From the human T2T-CHM13v2.0 reference genome, Homo sapiens: a stretch of DNA of 64,000 nt. The stretch is from assembly GCF_009914755.1 (NCBI RefSeq), contig NC_060925.1. One strand, given 5' to 3'. Below the pieces are notes generated by a model. It searched no databases, was not told where the DNA came from, and worked only from the letters and a program-made list of their open reading frames with translations. Within the stretch, counting starts at the first letter, position 1. Every line of letters starts with the position of its first letter. Shown here piece after piece: positions 39,958-53,666 of this stretch. Both the position numbers and the translations under genes were made by a program.

Positions 39958-40469
39958 CACATGCATATGAGATGAATGGGTCAGGGGAGAGTCAAGGACA
40001 CGATATGGCAAATGGGACTATATATACTTATGAGAATGTAAGAGAATATCTAATTAAAGACTTATTTCTGTAATATTCCAATTGTGAAACTAAACATTTG
40101 TTCTTTTTTCTCTAAATGAGTGGTTTTTACAGAGAGAATGTGGTCTCCCTAGACATGAGTGAAATAAAAGCAGGCTTTCTAGCTTCTCACTACTCTAGCC
40201 ATAGTACCACACACATAGACAGTGGAGAGAAGTGAGAGGGAGGCATGTGTCCTTCCAACAGCCAGAAGATCCCGAGAAACTGGTATGTATCTTCCAGTCA
40301 AATAAGAAATCCCACAGGGGACTCCAGGTGACATAACAATAAGGATTAAGTGCATGTCTCATCACCCAGATTTTCCCTGTGGGGACCATGGGGCTCCTTC
40401 TTTTGTTGGGACCACTGGATATACTGACAACTCTTATTAATAGTGGGCAGAGCACATCCATTTCTTAAA

Positions 40470-42596
40470 GTGTGAGATGCTAGGTAACTCAGACAGCCTC
40501 TCTGAAAATAATCAAAAAATGGTAGGTAGTTTTTTTTAAAAAATCTTGGGATTCTTTCAAGAACATACAGGAAAGTAAGGATGTCCCAGAAGTCAAAACC
40601 TGAGGGGTAAATGGGAAGACAGACAAGCAAAGCCCTGAAGCTGGTGTTCTCTCTGAGAGCATTTGCCTAAGCCAGGTAATCGTGAGTTTTAGATTTCATA
40701 CTTCCCAGGACAGGCAAAGCAGGAGAAAGACTAGAAAGTGTGCACACTGGGGAGACTAATAGAAGACCCTAAATAAAACTGGAAGCCCAAAGGGTTATAG
40801 CCTCAGTGAAGAATGAATTAGAAATCCCCCCACCTAGGAAGAGGAAAAAAAGTAATGATTTCAAACCTGGGAGGTGAGTAAAGGAAAAATTCTCCCCTAA
40901 AAATTCATAACCATTAGCCAGCCCTCAAAAGTGTCTGAAGTCCAGATTCATTATTATCAGACTTCTCTAAAAAGTCCTAAGTCAAAAATGTAGTTATAAA
41001 AAGATCCCACATTTGTAGCATACCCTATCACTTTCATATCCTCTCTAAAGGTACCCATCTTCAACCCAGGCATAAAATAATTCCCACAGATATATTCTAA
41101 GGAGTGTCAACTTGGAGTAAGTTTTTTTAAAAACAAATCGCAAAATAGTAGAAGAAAACAAGGTACCATGAGTGAGAGTCAGTAGAAACAACAACAGATC
41201 AATCAGATTTGTCAAGGCTTCAGTGATAGAATTATCAGTCACAGGTTATAAAATAAGTATGCTAAATCTGTTTTAAGAAATAAAAGTAAGAATTAAAAAT
41301 GTGAGTAAGGAGCAAGAGACTATCAAAATTACCAAGAAAACTTGAAAAAGAGTGAAATAGAATTTCTAGAAATCAAATATAATTGAAATTTTTTGATGGC
41401 TTTCATTTTCAGCAGTATGGTGGATTACATACCTGAACTAACCCTCCCATCAACTATAATTCAAAATGCTAGATAAACTTTTCAATCCTCCTAAATGCAT
41501 CCATGAGTTGCTAAAAATGTAAAGAAAAGTAAGCTCAATATCTAAGTGAAGGAGTGAGCCTAGAATGGTAATGGAGACCAAGCCAGTTTTGTGAACATGA
41601 GCATCAATTTTCTCAGCTTTTAGGAATTGAGAAACAGTTACAAGTTAGGTATTCTAACAGAAGACCTCTACATAGAGTGAGGACCCCAGAGAACCACATA
41701 TTTAACATGAAACAAAATCAATTGTATCAAACTCTGTATTTGCATGGAGGTGGGGGGTATTATCTCCACTAAACATCAGAGCTCAAGCACATGTTCATAC
41801 TATTTGGATCGTTCAAAAAACCTCGAGCCCAGAACTCAAAATGGTCCTAAGCTGGCACAAGCAAATGCAAATCCACTCCACAGAAACCCACCTCCATCCT
41901 AGGCACTGAATTTTCAAAGATAAGATGCCAAAGAAGAAAGAGCTTTCAGTTAAAAATTATTAAATTAGCATGGAAGCTTGCACCATGAGTGAAATCCTGC
42001 AAAAATGGCAGGCAGAAAAACAAAACTTGCAAATACATTACAAATTAGAATTATCATATAAGAATAAGAAATGAGTAATAAAATTTCAGTAATAGAAACC
42101 TGAAAACTCAAGAACAAAAATTGAAAAATAAACTAAGTAGAACTCCTAGAAGTCAAAAATAATCCCAAATGGATTACAGATTTAAATATGAAGGAAAACC
42201 TATTTTTATAAACCCAGGGTAGCAAAAAAATTACTTAAACAGTTACAAAAAGTGTCAACCATAAAAAGATACATTTATATTAAAATTAAGAAGTCTTCTG
42301 TTCCTTAATAGAATTAAGAAAGTGAAAAGAAAAGCACAAAATGAGAAAAGATACTTGCAGGATATATAAATAGACAAAGGATTATATCCAGAATAGTGAC
42401 TCTACTCTACATATCAATAGAAAATAATAGAAAAAAATGAATGAAAAACTTGCCCAGGCAATTCACAGAATAAATATGAATGGCTGACACGCATATGAAA
42501 ATTATGCTTACACACATTGCAATCAGAGAGATGAAAATTAAAATCACAACAATAAATGCTTTCACTATTAGCCAATTGTAAATAAAAATAGCATAC
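40470..42596 (+). mobile_element. Ancient L1ME-type fragments: two 5'/ORF1-region copies plus an ORF2 3' piece
   Basis: CACCATGAGTGA..., AGAATTATCA and TAGAA(T/C)T(T/C)CTAGAA recur at ~41165-41370 and ~41980-42150; ORF2-like CCCAAATGGATTACAGATTTAAAT from ~42165. Confidence 0.65.
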
Positions 42597-44776
42597 TGAA
42601 TTATGGTGGTCAGGTCTTTCCCATGTGTTATTGTAATAGTGAATAAGTCTCATGACATCTGACGGTATTATTATATAGGGGAGTTTCCCTGCACAAGCTC
42701 TTTTTGCCTGCCACCATCCACATGAGATATGACTTGCTCCTCCTTGACTTCCACCATAATTGTGAGGCCTCCCCAGCTATGTGGAACTGTGAGTCCAATT
42801 AAACTTCTTTCTTTTGTAAATTGCCCAATCTCAGGTATGTCTTTATCAGCAGTGTGAAAACGGACAAGTGCAGAAAATTTGTACCAGTAGAGTGAGGTGT
42901 TGCTGAAAAGATACCCAAAAATGTGGAGGCAACTATGGAACTGGGTAACAGGCAAGGTTGGAAAAGTTTGGAGGGCTCAGAAGAAGACAGGAAAATGTGG
43001 GAAAGTTTGGAACTTCCTAGAGTCTCGTTGAATGGCTTTGACAAAATTGCTGATAGTGATATGAACAATAAGGTCCAGGCTGAGGTGGTCTTAGATGGAG
43101 ATGAGGAATTTGTTGGGAACTGGTGACTCTTGTATGTTTTAGCAAAGAGACTGGCAGCATTGTGCCCCTGCCCTAGATATTTGTGGAGCTTTGAACTTGA
43201 GAGAGATGATTTAAGGTATCTGGTGGAAGAAACTTCTAAGCTTCAAAGCATTCAAGAGGTGACCTGTGTGCTGTTAAAAGCTTTCAGTTTTAAAAGGGAA
43301 ACAGAGCATAAAACTTTGGAAAATTTTCAGACTGACTATGTGATAGAAAATAATATCCCATTTTCTGAGGAAAAATTCAAGCCAGCTGCAGAAATCTGCA
43401 TAAGTAACAAGGAGCCAAATATTCATCCCCAAGACAATGGGGAAAATGTCTCCAGGGCATGCCAGAGGTCTTCATGGAAGTCTGTTCCATCACAGGCCAG
43501 GAGGCCTAAGAGGAAAAAATGGTTTCATGGGCTAGGCCCAGGGTTCCCGTGCTGTGTGCAGCCTAAGGACTTGGTACCCTGCATCCCAGCCGCTCCAGCT
43601 GTGACTCAAAGGGGCCAAGGTACAGCTTGGGCTGTTGCTTCAGTGGGTGGATGCCCCACGCCTTAGCAGCTTCCACATGGTGTTGAGCCTGCAGGTGCAT
43701 AGAAATCAAGAATTGAGGTTTGGGAACCTCTGCCTAGATTTCAGAGGATGCATGGAAATGCCTGGATGTCCAGGAAAAAGTTTTCTGCAGAAGCAGCGCC
43801 CTCATGGAGAACGTCTGCTAGGGCAGTGTGGAAAGGAAATGTGGGGTCAGTGCCTCCACACAGAGTCCCTACTGGGGCACTGCCTAGTGGAGCTGTGAGA
43901 AGAGGGCCACCATTCTCCAGACCCCAGAATCCATCAACAGCTTGCCCCATGCACTTGGAAAAGCCCAGACACTCAACGCCAGCCCATGAAAGCAGCTGGG
44001 AGGGAGGCTGTACCCTGCAAAGCCACAGGGGCAGAGCTGCCCAAGACCATGGGAACCCACCTCTTGCATCAGCATGACCCAGACATGAGACATGGAGTCA
44101 AAGGATATCATTTTGGAACTTTAAGGTTTGACTGCCCTGCTGGATTTCATACTTGCATGGGGCCTGTAACCCCTTTGTTTTGACCAATTTCTCCCATTTG
44201 GAATGGCTGTACCCCCATTGTATCTAGGGAGTAATTAACCTGCTTTTGATTTTATAGGCTCATAGGCAGAATAGACTTCCCTTGTCTCAGATGAGACTTT
44301 GGACTTGGACTTTTGGGTTAATGCTGAAATTAGTTGAGATTTTGAGGGACTCTTGGGAAGGCATGATTGGTTTTGAAATGTGAAGATATAAGATTTGGGA
44401 GGGGCCGGGGCAGAATAACATGGTTTGGCTCTGTGTCCAAACCATATCTCATCTTATAGCTCCCATAATTCCCGCATTGTTGGGGGGACCTGATGGGAGA
44501 TGATTGAATTATGGGGGCAGGTCTTTCCTGTGTGTTCTTGTAATAGTAAGTAAGTCTCACAAGATCTGATGGTATCATAAGGGGGAGTTTCCCTGCACAA
44601 GCTCTCTTTGCCTGCCACCATCCACATCAGATGTGACTTGCTCCACCTTGCCTTCCATCATGATTGTGAAGTCTTCCCAGCCATGTGGAACTGTGAGTCC
44701 AATTAAACGTCCTTCTTTTGTAAATTACCCAGTCTTGGGTATGTCATTATCAGCAGCATGAAAACAGACTAATAGA
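42597..44776 (+). mobile_element. THE1 (B/C-like) MaLR provirus: truncated 5' LTR 42597-42872, internal 42873-44415, 3' LTR 44416-44776
   Basis: Two direct LTR copies (GGGGAGTTTCCCTGCACAAGCTC..., GTGAGTCCAATTAAAC); internal start GTACCAGTAGAGTG; polypurine tract GGGAGGGGCCGGGGCAGAA before the 3' LTR. Confidence 0.95.
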
Positions 44777-45580
44777 GCATGTATAGCCACATTGGAAAAT
44801 ATTTTCACATTAGTAAAGCTGAAAATACATATTTTCTATGACTTTGCGATTCCATTTGCATACACTTAAGGGTTTCAAAGTCTTTGGGCTTCACTCGCAG
44901 TAAAAACATAAAAAAATACATTGTACATTGGGACCGAGCACACGTGTACATTCACACATGCACTCACTGAGATATGCACTACAGGCACACTGTGCAACTG
45001 TAGGAGGGACTGTTCACATTGCAGCCACAGCCCTGAAATGTATGTGATGTGAGGAGTGAGGGGTGTGTGTGTGTGTGTGTGTATGCACACAAGTGAGTAT
45101 GGGTATGTTCATAAAGAGATCTATAAATAACTCTAACAAAGGTTTCAGAAAACAGTTCTTGCCCTTTTCAAATATGTATTCTTTCTATGTGAGGCACATT
45201 CCAATACATTCAACTTTATTTAAATCCATTTTTTAAAATGTTAATCAGGAAGTGACCCATCATCCACAGTTTGCAAAATGCTCTCATATATGTGCACCAG
45301 GAAACATACAAAAATGTTCATGGCAGCCTTGCTACATAATAGCCCTGAATCAGAAAAAAAGCAAAATGTCTGTCAAAAGAATGAATAAAAATATTATGGT
45401 CTATTTTTATAGTGCAAAACTCTTCAGCAGTGGAAATGAATAAACTACAGCTACATGTGACTATAGGGATGAATCTCAGGAAGACAAATGCTGAGTGAAA
45501 AAAGTCTTAGAAGAATACATATATAAAATATATACATACAGTATAGTATCATGCTATCTATGCTGAATTATTTTTAATTT
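44777..45580 (+). mobile_element. Continuation of old L1M 3' region, fragmented
   Basis: GCCACATTGGAAAA, ATGTGCACCAGGAAACATACAAAAATGTTCAT and AATGAATAAACTACAGCTACATG. Confidence 0.6.
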
Positions 45581-45850
45581 TTAAAGTAAGCTCTAAATGT
45601 GATAACATGGCCTGTGCTTAATTTAAAGCCTACTGCCCTCAACTAATTCAGGACACAAGGAGGTTACTAAGTGGAGATAGTTCTGCGTACACAGCTGCTG
45701 ATGCATAAGGAACTAAAATTGACAAAAGAAATTTTCTAGTGGTTCCCTCCAATATGAAGAACTTCTGCAAAGTAAATTCCACTACAGGGATGTTGCCTTT
45801 CTCCCTATTATATCTTCAGAATCTACAATGCCTGGCACTTAACATATACA

Positions 45851-46016
45851 GGAAAGAAGGAAGGAAGGAAGGAAGGAAGGAAGGAAGGAAGGAAGGAAGG
45901 AAGGGAGGGAGGGAGGGAGGGAGGGAGGGAGGGAGGGAGGGAGGAAGGAAGGAAGGAAGGAAGGGAGAGAGGGAGGGAGGGAGGGAGGAAGAAAGGAAGA
46001 AACGATGGAAGGAAGG
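45851..46016. repeat. Compound (GGAA)11(GGGA)10(GGAA)5 purine microsatellite with degenerate extension
   Basis: GGAA 45859-45902, GGGA 45903-45942, GGAA 45943-45962. Confidence 0.95.
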
Positions 46017-47234
46017 TCGTGTCCATGGTGTTTACATATTTGAATCCTTTAAATCCCTATTGCACAGTCTGTAGAGTTGCAAGTCCTGCGAATGAGTCAA
46101 GGCTCCAAGCATTATAACCTTGAGCAAGTCAACTAAGTGCTGGGAATCTGTTTTCTTGGGGTCTAAAGGGGAACATGCCCTATAGCAGTGTGGCAGTGAG
46201 GTTCAAGTGCAACAATGCTTGGAAAATGGTTGGTCACCTGTTAAAGTTTTATGCAAATGTTGTTTCCCAAATGTTTTGGCTCCAAGGTCTTAGACCTCCT
46301 TGTAAACAAGTTTCTGGATCATTGGCCTTCAGAGGGCCCTGGGGCTGTAAACCCCTCCCCCTCCTGCTGGCCATTAACTGAAACCCCTCAAATGGCAGAC
46401 AGTCTTTCTCCTGCAATCAGAGATAAGGATACAGAAAGGGTGTTGACAATAAGCTTCACCTGCCTCACAGAGCAGCACAGGTACTGTGTTGCTGAATGGG
46501 TGTGAATGAAGACTGTGATGGGGTGAAGATGACCTGCTTACCTCAGGGGGCACAGCCAGGTCAGGAATGAAATTGAGAGGTCAAGAAATTGAGAGGGCCC
46601 CAGGGGCTAGAGGGTGGGCTGGAATCCAAACCCATTCTTCACCTTAGGAGAAAGGCCTTCCCCTGTGCCACTCACTCACTCATATCCCCCTTTCCCTTAC
46701 TCCCCACCTTCTCAACAGTTCCCCCCGCCCACTCCCAGTCTAAAAGGTTGGAGGTTTAGGAGTCCTGTCCAATCTGAGCCTAGCTGCACCCAGCAGGCAA
46801 GTGGACCACTAGGACACAGGGACAGAAGAGCCATGCCCATGTCTCAAGTCTTTCCGGCCATGTATCAGAGCCCAGGTTAGAAGAACTGGGGCAGCCCTTC
46901 CACGGCTATTCCTGCAGGAGAAGCCCACTTGCTGCCAACGGGCCTGCCTGCCATCATCTCCTGAGCAGAGCCTCTGCTGGGAGTTCTAGCACCAACATCC
47001 TTCCCTCTACTGCCTAGCACCTGTCCCAGGACAGCACACGTGCTTCACACCCAAAGGGCCAGGAGTTGGGACACTGCTGAGAGGCTTCTAGGTCAATGAG
47101 ACTCAGGTTGCAGAGTGAGTGGCAGCAGCAACAATAGCAGTAGCCAAAAGTCCTCAGGAGTGTGGGATTTAGAGCCATTTGGAGGGTAGAGTCAGTATTG
47201 GCCAAACTGAAGGGTCAAAGAGAGACAGTGGTGA

Positions 47235-47470
47235 GAGATAACAGTAGCAATGATAAAATAATAAGAGCCCCATATTACTGTATGATTATATGTGCCAAGT
47301 GCTTTACGTGCATGGCGTCCTTAATTATTTCAACTGCCTCAGGCGTAGGGACTGATATTATACCCATTCTACAGAGGCACAAGGAGTTTCACACAGATAA
47401 TGGGGTACAGAGCTAATCTTATGAACTCGTGGTACCTGACTCCAGAACCCATTGTCTTAACCATTCTTCT
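47235..47470 (-). mobile_element. MIR SINE
   Basis: TATGTGCCAAGTGCTTTAC...TATTATACCCATTCTACAGA...CCTGACTCCAGAACCC. Confidence 0.75.
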
Positions 47471-47829
47471 CTTCTGCCCATTGAGAATAGAAATCTGTTT
47501 CTGTGGTTGGGTTTCTGACTTGAGTCCACAGGGCATGTTATAAAGCCAAGACCACAGCAGCACCAGAATAGTCAGACCGAGCCCTCTAGGATTAGCAGAT
47601 ATTAGTGCTTGTAAGTGCTTGCTGCTGGCTGGGAGCCAGGCATATAAAAGTGAACTAGACAGACCCAGCCCACTCCTTGCCTGCCTGTATAGCCTACGAT
47701 ATAGCCTGGTGGGAGCTCTGAAAGCCTCTAAGAAGGGAAGAGGCCCCAGACATGGAAGGAGGCTCAGCAGACTTCTTGGAGGAAGTAATATCTAATCTGA
47801 AATGTGAAGGATGAGTAAATTAGTCAGGG

Positions 47830-47855
47830 GTGTGTGTGTGTGTGTGTGTGTGTGT
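47830..47855. repeat. (GT)n microsatellite
   Basis: Directly visible; lies within an L2-like segment. Confidence 0.95.
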
Positions 47856-48559
47856 ACATGGGAAGGTAGGGGAGGGGTGAAGGGCAAAGAATCTATGCAA
47901 ATGCCTAGAGGCAGGAGAGAGGTTGGCAGGCTGGAGGAAGTGGTGGTCTAGGGACTGGAACTTGGAGTGCAAAGGGAAGTGGAGGAAATGGGAAAAGAGA
48001 AGCCTTAGCTGTTTAAAGCTGGCAGCAGCATTATAAAATTTGCCTTCAGAATGTTCATTGTGGCTTCAGGGTGCACATGAAAAAAGAATAGCTTTACCCA
48101 CTGATCCCCTTGCAGCAGAGGACAGGCAAAAAAACACTGTTATTATGGATGCAGGGCAGGGCTTCAAAGGAGGGCCTAGAGAAGGCTCACAGAGCCTCCT
48201 CCTGTGCTGACTCATGAAGGCCCTGTAAGCATGCCCTCCAAGAAAAAGGACCAGCATTGTGGCTAGAGGCTTATGGGGCAAGAAACCATGTCTTGCCTTA
48301 TAGTGACCCATGTGCCCCCTAACAGAAGAATCCATGTGGCACACAGGCAGGCACCATCCTTGGGCTGGCAGGTCTGACCTAGTCAGGAAGCAAACCCAGG
48401 GCAAGTAGCAGCAGAGCTCACCAACTCTTCTGGGGAATACTGCAACCCGTCCTTCTGCCTCTGGTTTGTCCTCCTCCAGTCAATCCTCCCCATTGCTGCT
48501 GGAGATATCTGGCAAAGATCTGCTTAATAATCTTCAAAGCAGCAATTGGCAAACTTCTG

Positions 48560-50842
48560 GAGGTTTAAGCATGATTTAAGACAGTAACACCAAACTGTGC
48601 CTCGTGTCCTTGCATTCTTCACTTTCACACATTCTCGTTTAAAAAAATAATCATTTTTACTTAATGCAATAGATGAACCACTAAAAAAAGATTCATTTTA
48701 TTAAATCACAACCCTTAAGAACACGTCTTTTTAATATTTAGCGTGTTGACATGGGCAGCATGCACAAAGCACAGAAGTGTGTCAGTTGTGTTCATGCACT
48801 TGTATATTGCTTGAGTGGAGAGAGCTGAACTCGCTGTACTTTTCACGGAACACCATTTTTATGTGAAAAAAATAACTAACTGAGGTCATGCAGACTTACA
48901 TATTTAGTAGACATTTTCTCAGAAATGAGCAAAGTGAGCCTGTTGTTTCAAGAAAAAAAAATGACCATTTTTGTTGTCAGTGATAAAATTTGAGCATTCG
49001 AAAGAAAATTAGAATTTTGGAAAGCTTGTATTTGCCTATGAACATGACCGCTCCCCAATATTAAAAGACTTTTCTGGTGAGCTCAATGGTGACATTAACA
49101 GATTTTTTTAAAAATATGATGTAACCAATGTGTCATCACTTGGGAAGATCTGCCTAAGTGTGAACAATATTTCCAAAAGATCAATGAATAACGTTACAAA
49201 AATCAAGCATGGATTAAGAGACCAAAGTGCAAAAGTGACCAGTGGATTTAAAAAAATAGAATTCAGTTTTTTAGGACAGTTTTAGATTTAGAGAAAAATG
49301 TGTAAAGATAATACCAAGAGTTCCCACATAACCAACACCCAGTTTCCTTTACTATTAACATATTTTATTAGTATGATACATTTGTTACTATTAATGAACC
49401 AATATTGATATATTTTTATTACCTGAAGCTTATATTTTATTCAGGCTTCCTTAGTTTTCACCTAATTTCCTCTTTCTGTTCCAGGATCTCTTCTAGGATA
49501 CAATGTTACTTCTAGTCATCACATCTCTTTAGGTTCCTGTCAGTCTCACAATTTCTCAGACTTTCCTTGTTTTGATGACCTTGACAGTTTTGAGGGGTAC
49601 CGGTCAGGTATTTTGCAGAATGTCCCTTAATTTAGATTTTTCTGATTTTTTTCTTATGATTAGACTGGGGTTATGATATTGGGGATGAAGACCATATAGG
49701 TAAAGTGTCATTTTCATCACATCATATCAAAGCTACATACTGTCTACGAATGCTGATGTTGGTCTCAATCACCTGGCTGAAGTAGGGTTTGTTAGATTTC
49801 TCCACTGTGAAGTTACTTTTTCCTCCGTTTTTGCGGTGTACTCTTTGGAGGGAAGTCACTTCTACAGCTCACATTTAAAGAGTGGGAAGTTAAGCTCCAC
49901 CTACTTGAAGGCGCGGTATGCATATAAATTATTTGGAATTCACACAGAAGATTTACCTCATTTCTCCTATTTATTAATATAATCATTCATTTATATCAGT
50001 GTGGATTTATGGATATTTTATATTTTAGGCTCTAACTCAATACTACCTTTTTAATCGTATTGCTTAAGTTGTTTGAGCTCTGGCCATTGGCAGCTCTTTC
50101 AGTTGATTCTTGTGTCCCTGCCTTTGACATACCCACATCGTTGTGAGTTGTGGGGGTGGCGTTTGAGCACCTCCTTACTTTCAGGCACAACAAGATGCTC
50201 CAGGCTTGTCTTGTATATTTCAGGCTCCATTCCCACAAGAATCAGCCATTTCTCCCAGGAGCCCCAGTTTCTTTTACATTACAGAATGATATTAGAAACC
50301 AAGATCTAGGAAAGGGGTACTGATGTACTTTAATGTAACAGAGAACATCGTTTCAGATTCAAATAAATTTAAGAAACTACACCTTTTCAGTCTGGGATGT
50401 AATATGAACGAAGAATATCCGCATGACCTTAAAAAAAAGGCTACTAAAATTCTACTCCCTACATATACATATTGTTGCATGTGTATGAAACCAGATTTAA
50501 CATACCACAGCAGACTGACCGCTGCAGACTGAGAATCTGGCTGTCCTCTGTTGAGAGAGACATTAAGAAGATGTGCAAGCATCAAAAACAAATGGAAGAA
50601 TAAATTATTTTTTGTTTTAGACAATACAGTTATTTCTTTTAAAATGTGGGATTTATGCCAACCTATAATGAGTTTTTTATTGTTACTTTAAATTAATAAA
50701 TAAATGTTTTTAAATGTTGTTTGTTTAAATTTCTAAAATGGTAAATCCCAATAGATGCAATGTACATAAAAATTTCTTTGTGGTCATCAATAATTTTTTA
50801 AAAAGTAGGTGGATCTGAGACAAAAATGTTTGAGAGCCACTG
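48560..50842 (+). mobile_element. Charlie1-type hAT DNA transposon split by an L1
   Basis: GAGCTGAACT..TTTTCACGGAACACCATTTT and GACATTTTCTCAGAAATGAGCAAAGTGAGCC; resumes TTTAATGTAACAGAG at ~50328; right TIR TTTGAGAGCCACTG. Confidence 0.85.
49250..50325 (-). mobile_element. L1MC/L1MD-type LINE-1 3' end nested in Charlie1
   Basis: CAGTTTTAGATTTAGAGAAAA...GAGTTCCCACATA...TTGATGACCTTGACAGTTTTGAGG..GGTCAGGTATTTTGCAGAATG. Confidence 0.88.
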
Positions 50843-50899
50843 GCCTAGCCACACCAGACTCATTGTTGTCTCTCTACACCCTCTCACCTTTCTGGAACC

Positions 50900-51250
50900 C
50901 TTGTCTATCTATACCATGCCGATGCTTAAGTCTAGAACGCTCTTCCTTTCCTTGTCCCCAGGCCAACTTCCTCTTACCTCCCAAGACACAGCTCAAACGT
51001 CTTCTGTGAAGCATGCCCTGACTCCCCAAATTTAAGTTTACCCTCCCCTGTAATCCCATACCTCTTTCTACAATTTCTATTCTGAATACATGTCTTGCAG
51101 TGCTTGTAATTATCTGTTCATGTATCTGCATCTCTTTCTCTCTTAAACAAGAGTAAGGACTTGTCTGATTCATCATTTTACCCTGGTGCAGGGTGAAATG
51201 CCAGGCATATATTTGTTGCTCAGAGTACATGTGTTGAAGGAGTAAATAGA
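50900..51250 (+). mobile_element. L2 3' fragment
   Basis: CAAGACACAGCTCAAACGTCTTCTGTGAAGC...GCCAGGCATAT. Confidence 0.6.
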
Positions 51251-51951
51251 CAGCTGATCCAGGGACACTCATCTTTTCCAGAGACTGACCAGGCCACTAG
51301 GCTGGCCTTACGTCTGAGTGAATGTTTCTGTTTCTCCTTCTTTACAGGAACAAAAGTCAGGCATTTGCCTCTTTTGACATTTAGTTTCATTCAGTAAATA
51401 TTTTTCAAATGTCTACTACATGTCAGGCACTGTGCTAGGCACTGGGGGAAAGATGATCATGTGGATGTTATGGTCCAGCAGGAAATAACTAGTCACCTTT
51501 ATGTTTGCCCCTAACCTGCCTTTCGTGGTTAAGAACATCCAGAGTCAGTTCATATAGAGCAGTCAGTTGCATCTAAATTTAGCCCTAATCCTGGGACATA
51601 AATAGGACAATGCAAATGCAATTATCCAGTGAATTCAGAGAGTGTAGACAGCTACTGTAGGTAATGGAATGTAGGAAATATTTTATGCAGGCTAGTGGTC
51701 AGATTTACCAGTATGCAACAACTCTTTGCCATGATTCTTCTTGAATAATGATGCGCAAAATTGACCAAGTCCTTGTTCTCTCATTCTTTTAGCGTTTTCT
51801 TGCTGGCAGATATGAGAGTAAAAGGAGAGAAGAAGAAAATAGAGAGATGATGCAAGAAAGAGAATTCAATTTATGGCACACTTGGCCAGTTAAAGGGAGT
51901 TAAATGCTAATAAATTTTAGTTGCAATTGAGCTATTTGTTCAGATATTTCA

Positions 51952-52552
<601 letters not shown>

Positions 52553-53429
52553 ATCCAGCCTCAACTCACCGTCTTACATTCAGGTTAACAGAGTTCTGCT
52601 TCCAGTCATCCCTCTTCCCTATTCTCCTTTTCGCTTGGTCAAAAACTCCGCCATTTAACTCCAAGCCACAGGTCCTCTGCCTGCTTTTGCAAAGCAAGGT
52701 AATTAATGTAAGATCACTCAGAGCAAGCTCTTTCCCTCTCCTGATAACATCACGTGGAACTCCTCACCTAAAAGGCAATCTCCAAGCAAATCTCAGGCTG
52801 GTTATCAGGCAACATCTGAGGACAAAGGAGGGGTTGTTGATGGACTGTTCCAATTCTTCCAGGAAGGTCAATCCCAATCCATCTGTTCTCTCCTCACCCT
52901 CCCGCACCTGAACAGACTTTCATTCTCCCTGCAAACCTCTTCACAAAGAAGACCCCTCATCTCTGAGTCTCCCCAGCATCCTGCTTTTCCAGAGTCTCAT
53001 TAGCTCTGGAATAATGGCAGGCATGGAGCGGCCTCCTTAGAGAACTCGCTCTGAGGAGCTCCCCTCACCAGGCTGAATCCCAGGCACATGCCTGACATCC
53101 CATAGGGCTGTTTCACACCCACTTCCATGTTGTGTTTGTATTTGTCAAAGGAGGACAGGATGTGGCAGGATGTACTCAGTATTCCCTCATTATTTTCCTG
53201 TTATACAAGGGAAAGACACAGATAGTTAGCATTTATTATTTACTATGAAGAAAATGAGGCTTAGAAAAATTGAGTAACTTGTCCAAATTTACATTATGTT
53301 TAAGGAACAGAACCAGGATTGGAACACAAAGTGCTGGCTCCACATTTTATGTAGCTAATAGCTAGAGTAGCATCTACCGGGTAGAAGAAAAGGGACTTTT
53401 TGAGTTGTGTTTGCTTTTTTGCCATGGTC

Positions 53430-53666
53430 TTTTTTAAATTTTTTTTATTGATATATAACATTTGCACATTTTTATGGGGTTTGTGTGGTATTTTGTAACA
53501 TGCATAGAATGTGTGTGTGTAGGGGAATGAAGAGAAGTTGGTTAAGAGGTACAAACATACCCAGTTAGTTAGAAGGAGTAAGTTCCAATGTACAATGACA
53601 GAGTAAGGTGACTACAGTTAACAACAATGTACTGTGTATTTCAGAATAGCTAGAAGTGTTTGGCAC
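53430..53666 (-). mobile_element. Short L1MA insertion with inverted 5' part
   Basis: 53430-53520 is the L1MA terminus in reverse; 53521-53656 is an upstream 3' UTR segment in forward orientation; TSD-like TGCCATG(G/T)TC. Confidence 0.75.

Noticed and set aside
40185-40290. Possible small exon (CTCTAG acceptor, CTG|GTATGT donor); other acceptor-like sites near 51345 and 60515
   Set aside because: Such signals are frequent by chance; needs transcript evidence.
43130-44077. 178-aa and 109-aa ORFs
   Set aside because: Lie in THE1 internal sequence and are interrupted by stops and frameshifts; no sign of domestication.
51200-51450. Tail-to-tail L2 pair as a miR-28/151-type hairpin source
   Set aside because: The tails are ~135 nt apart and poorly complementary.
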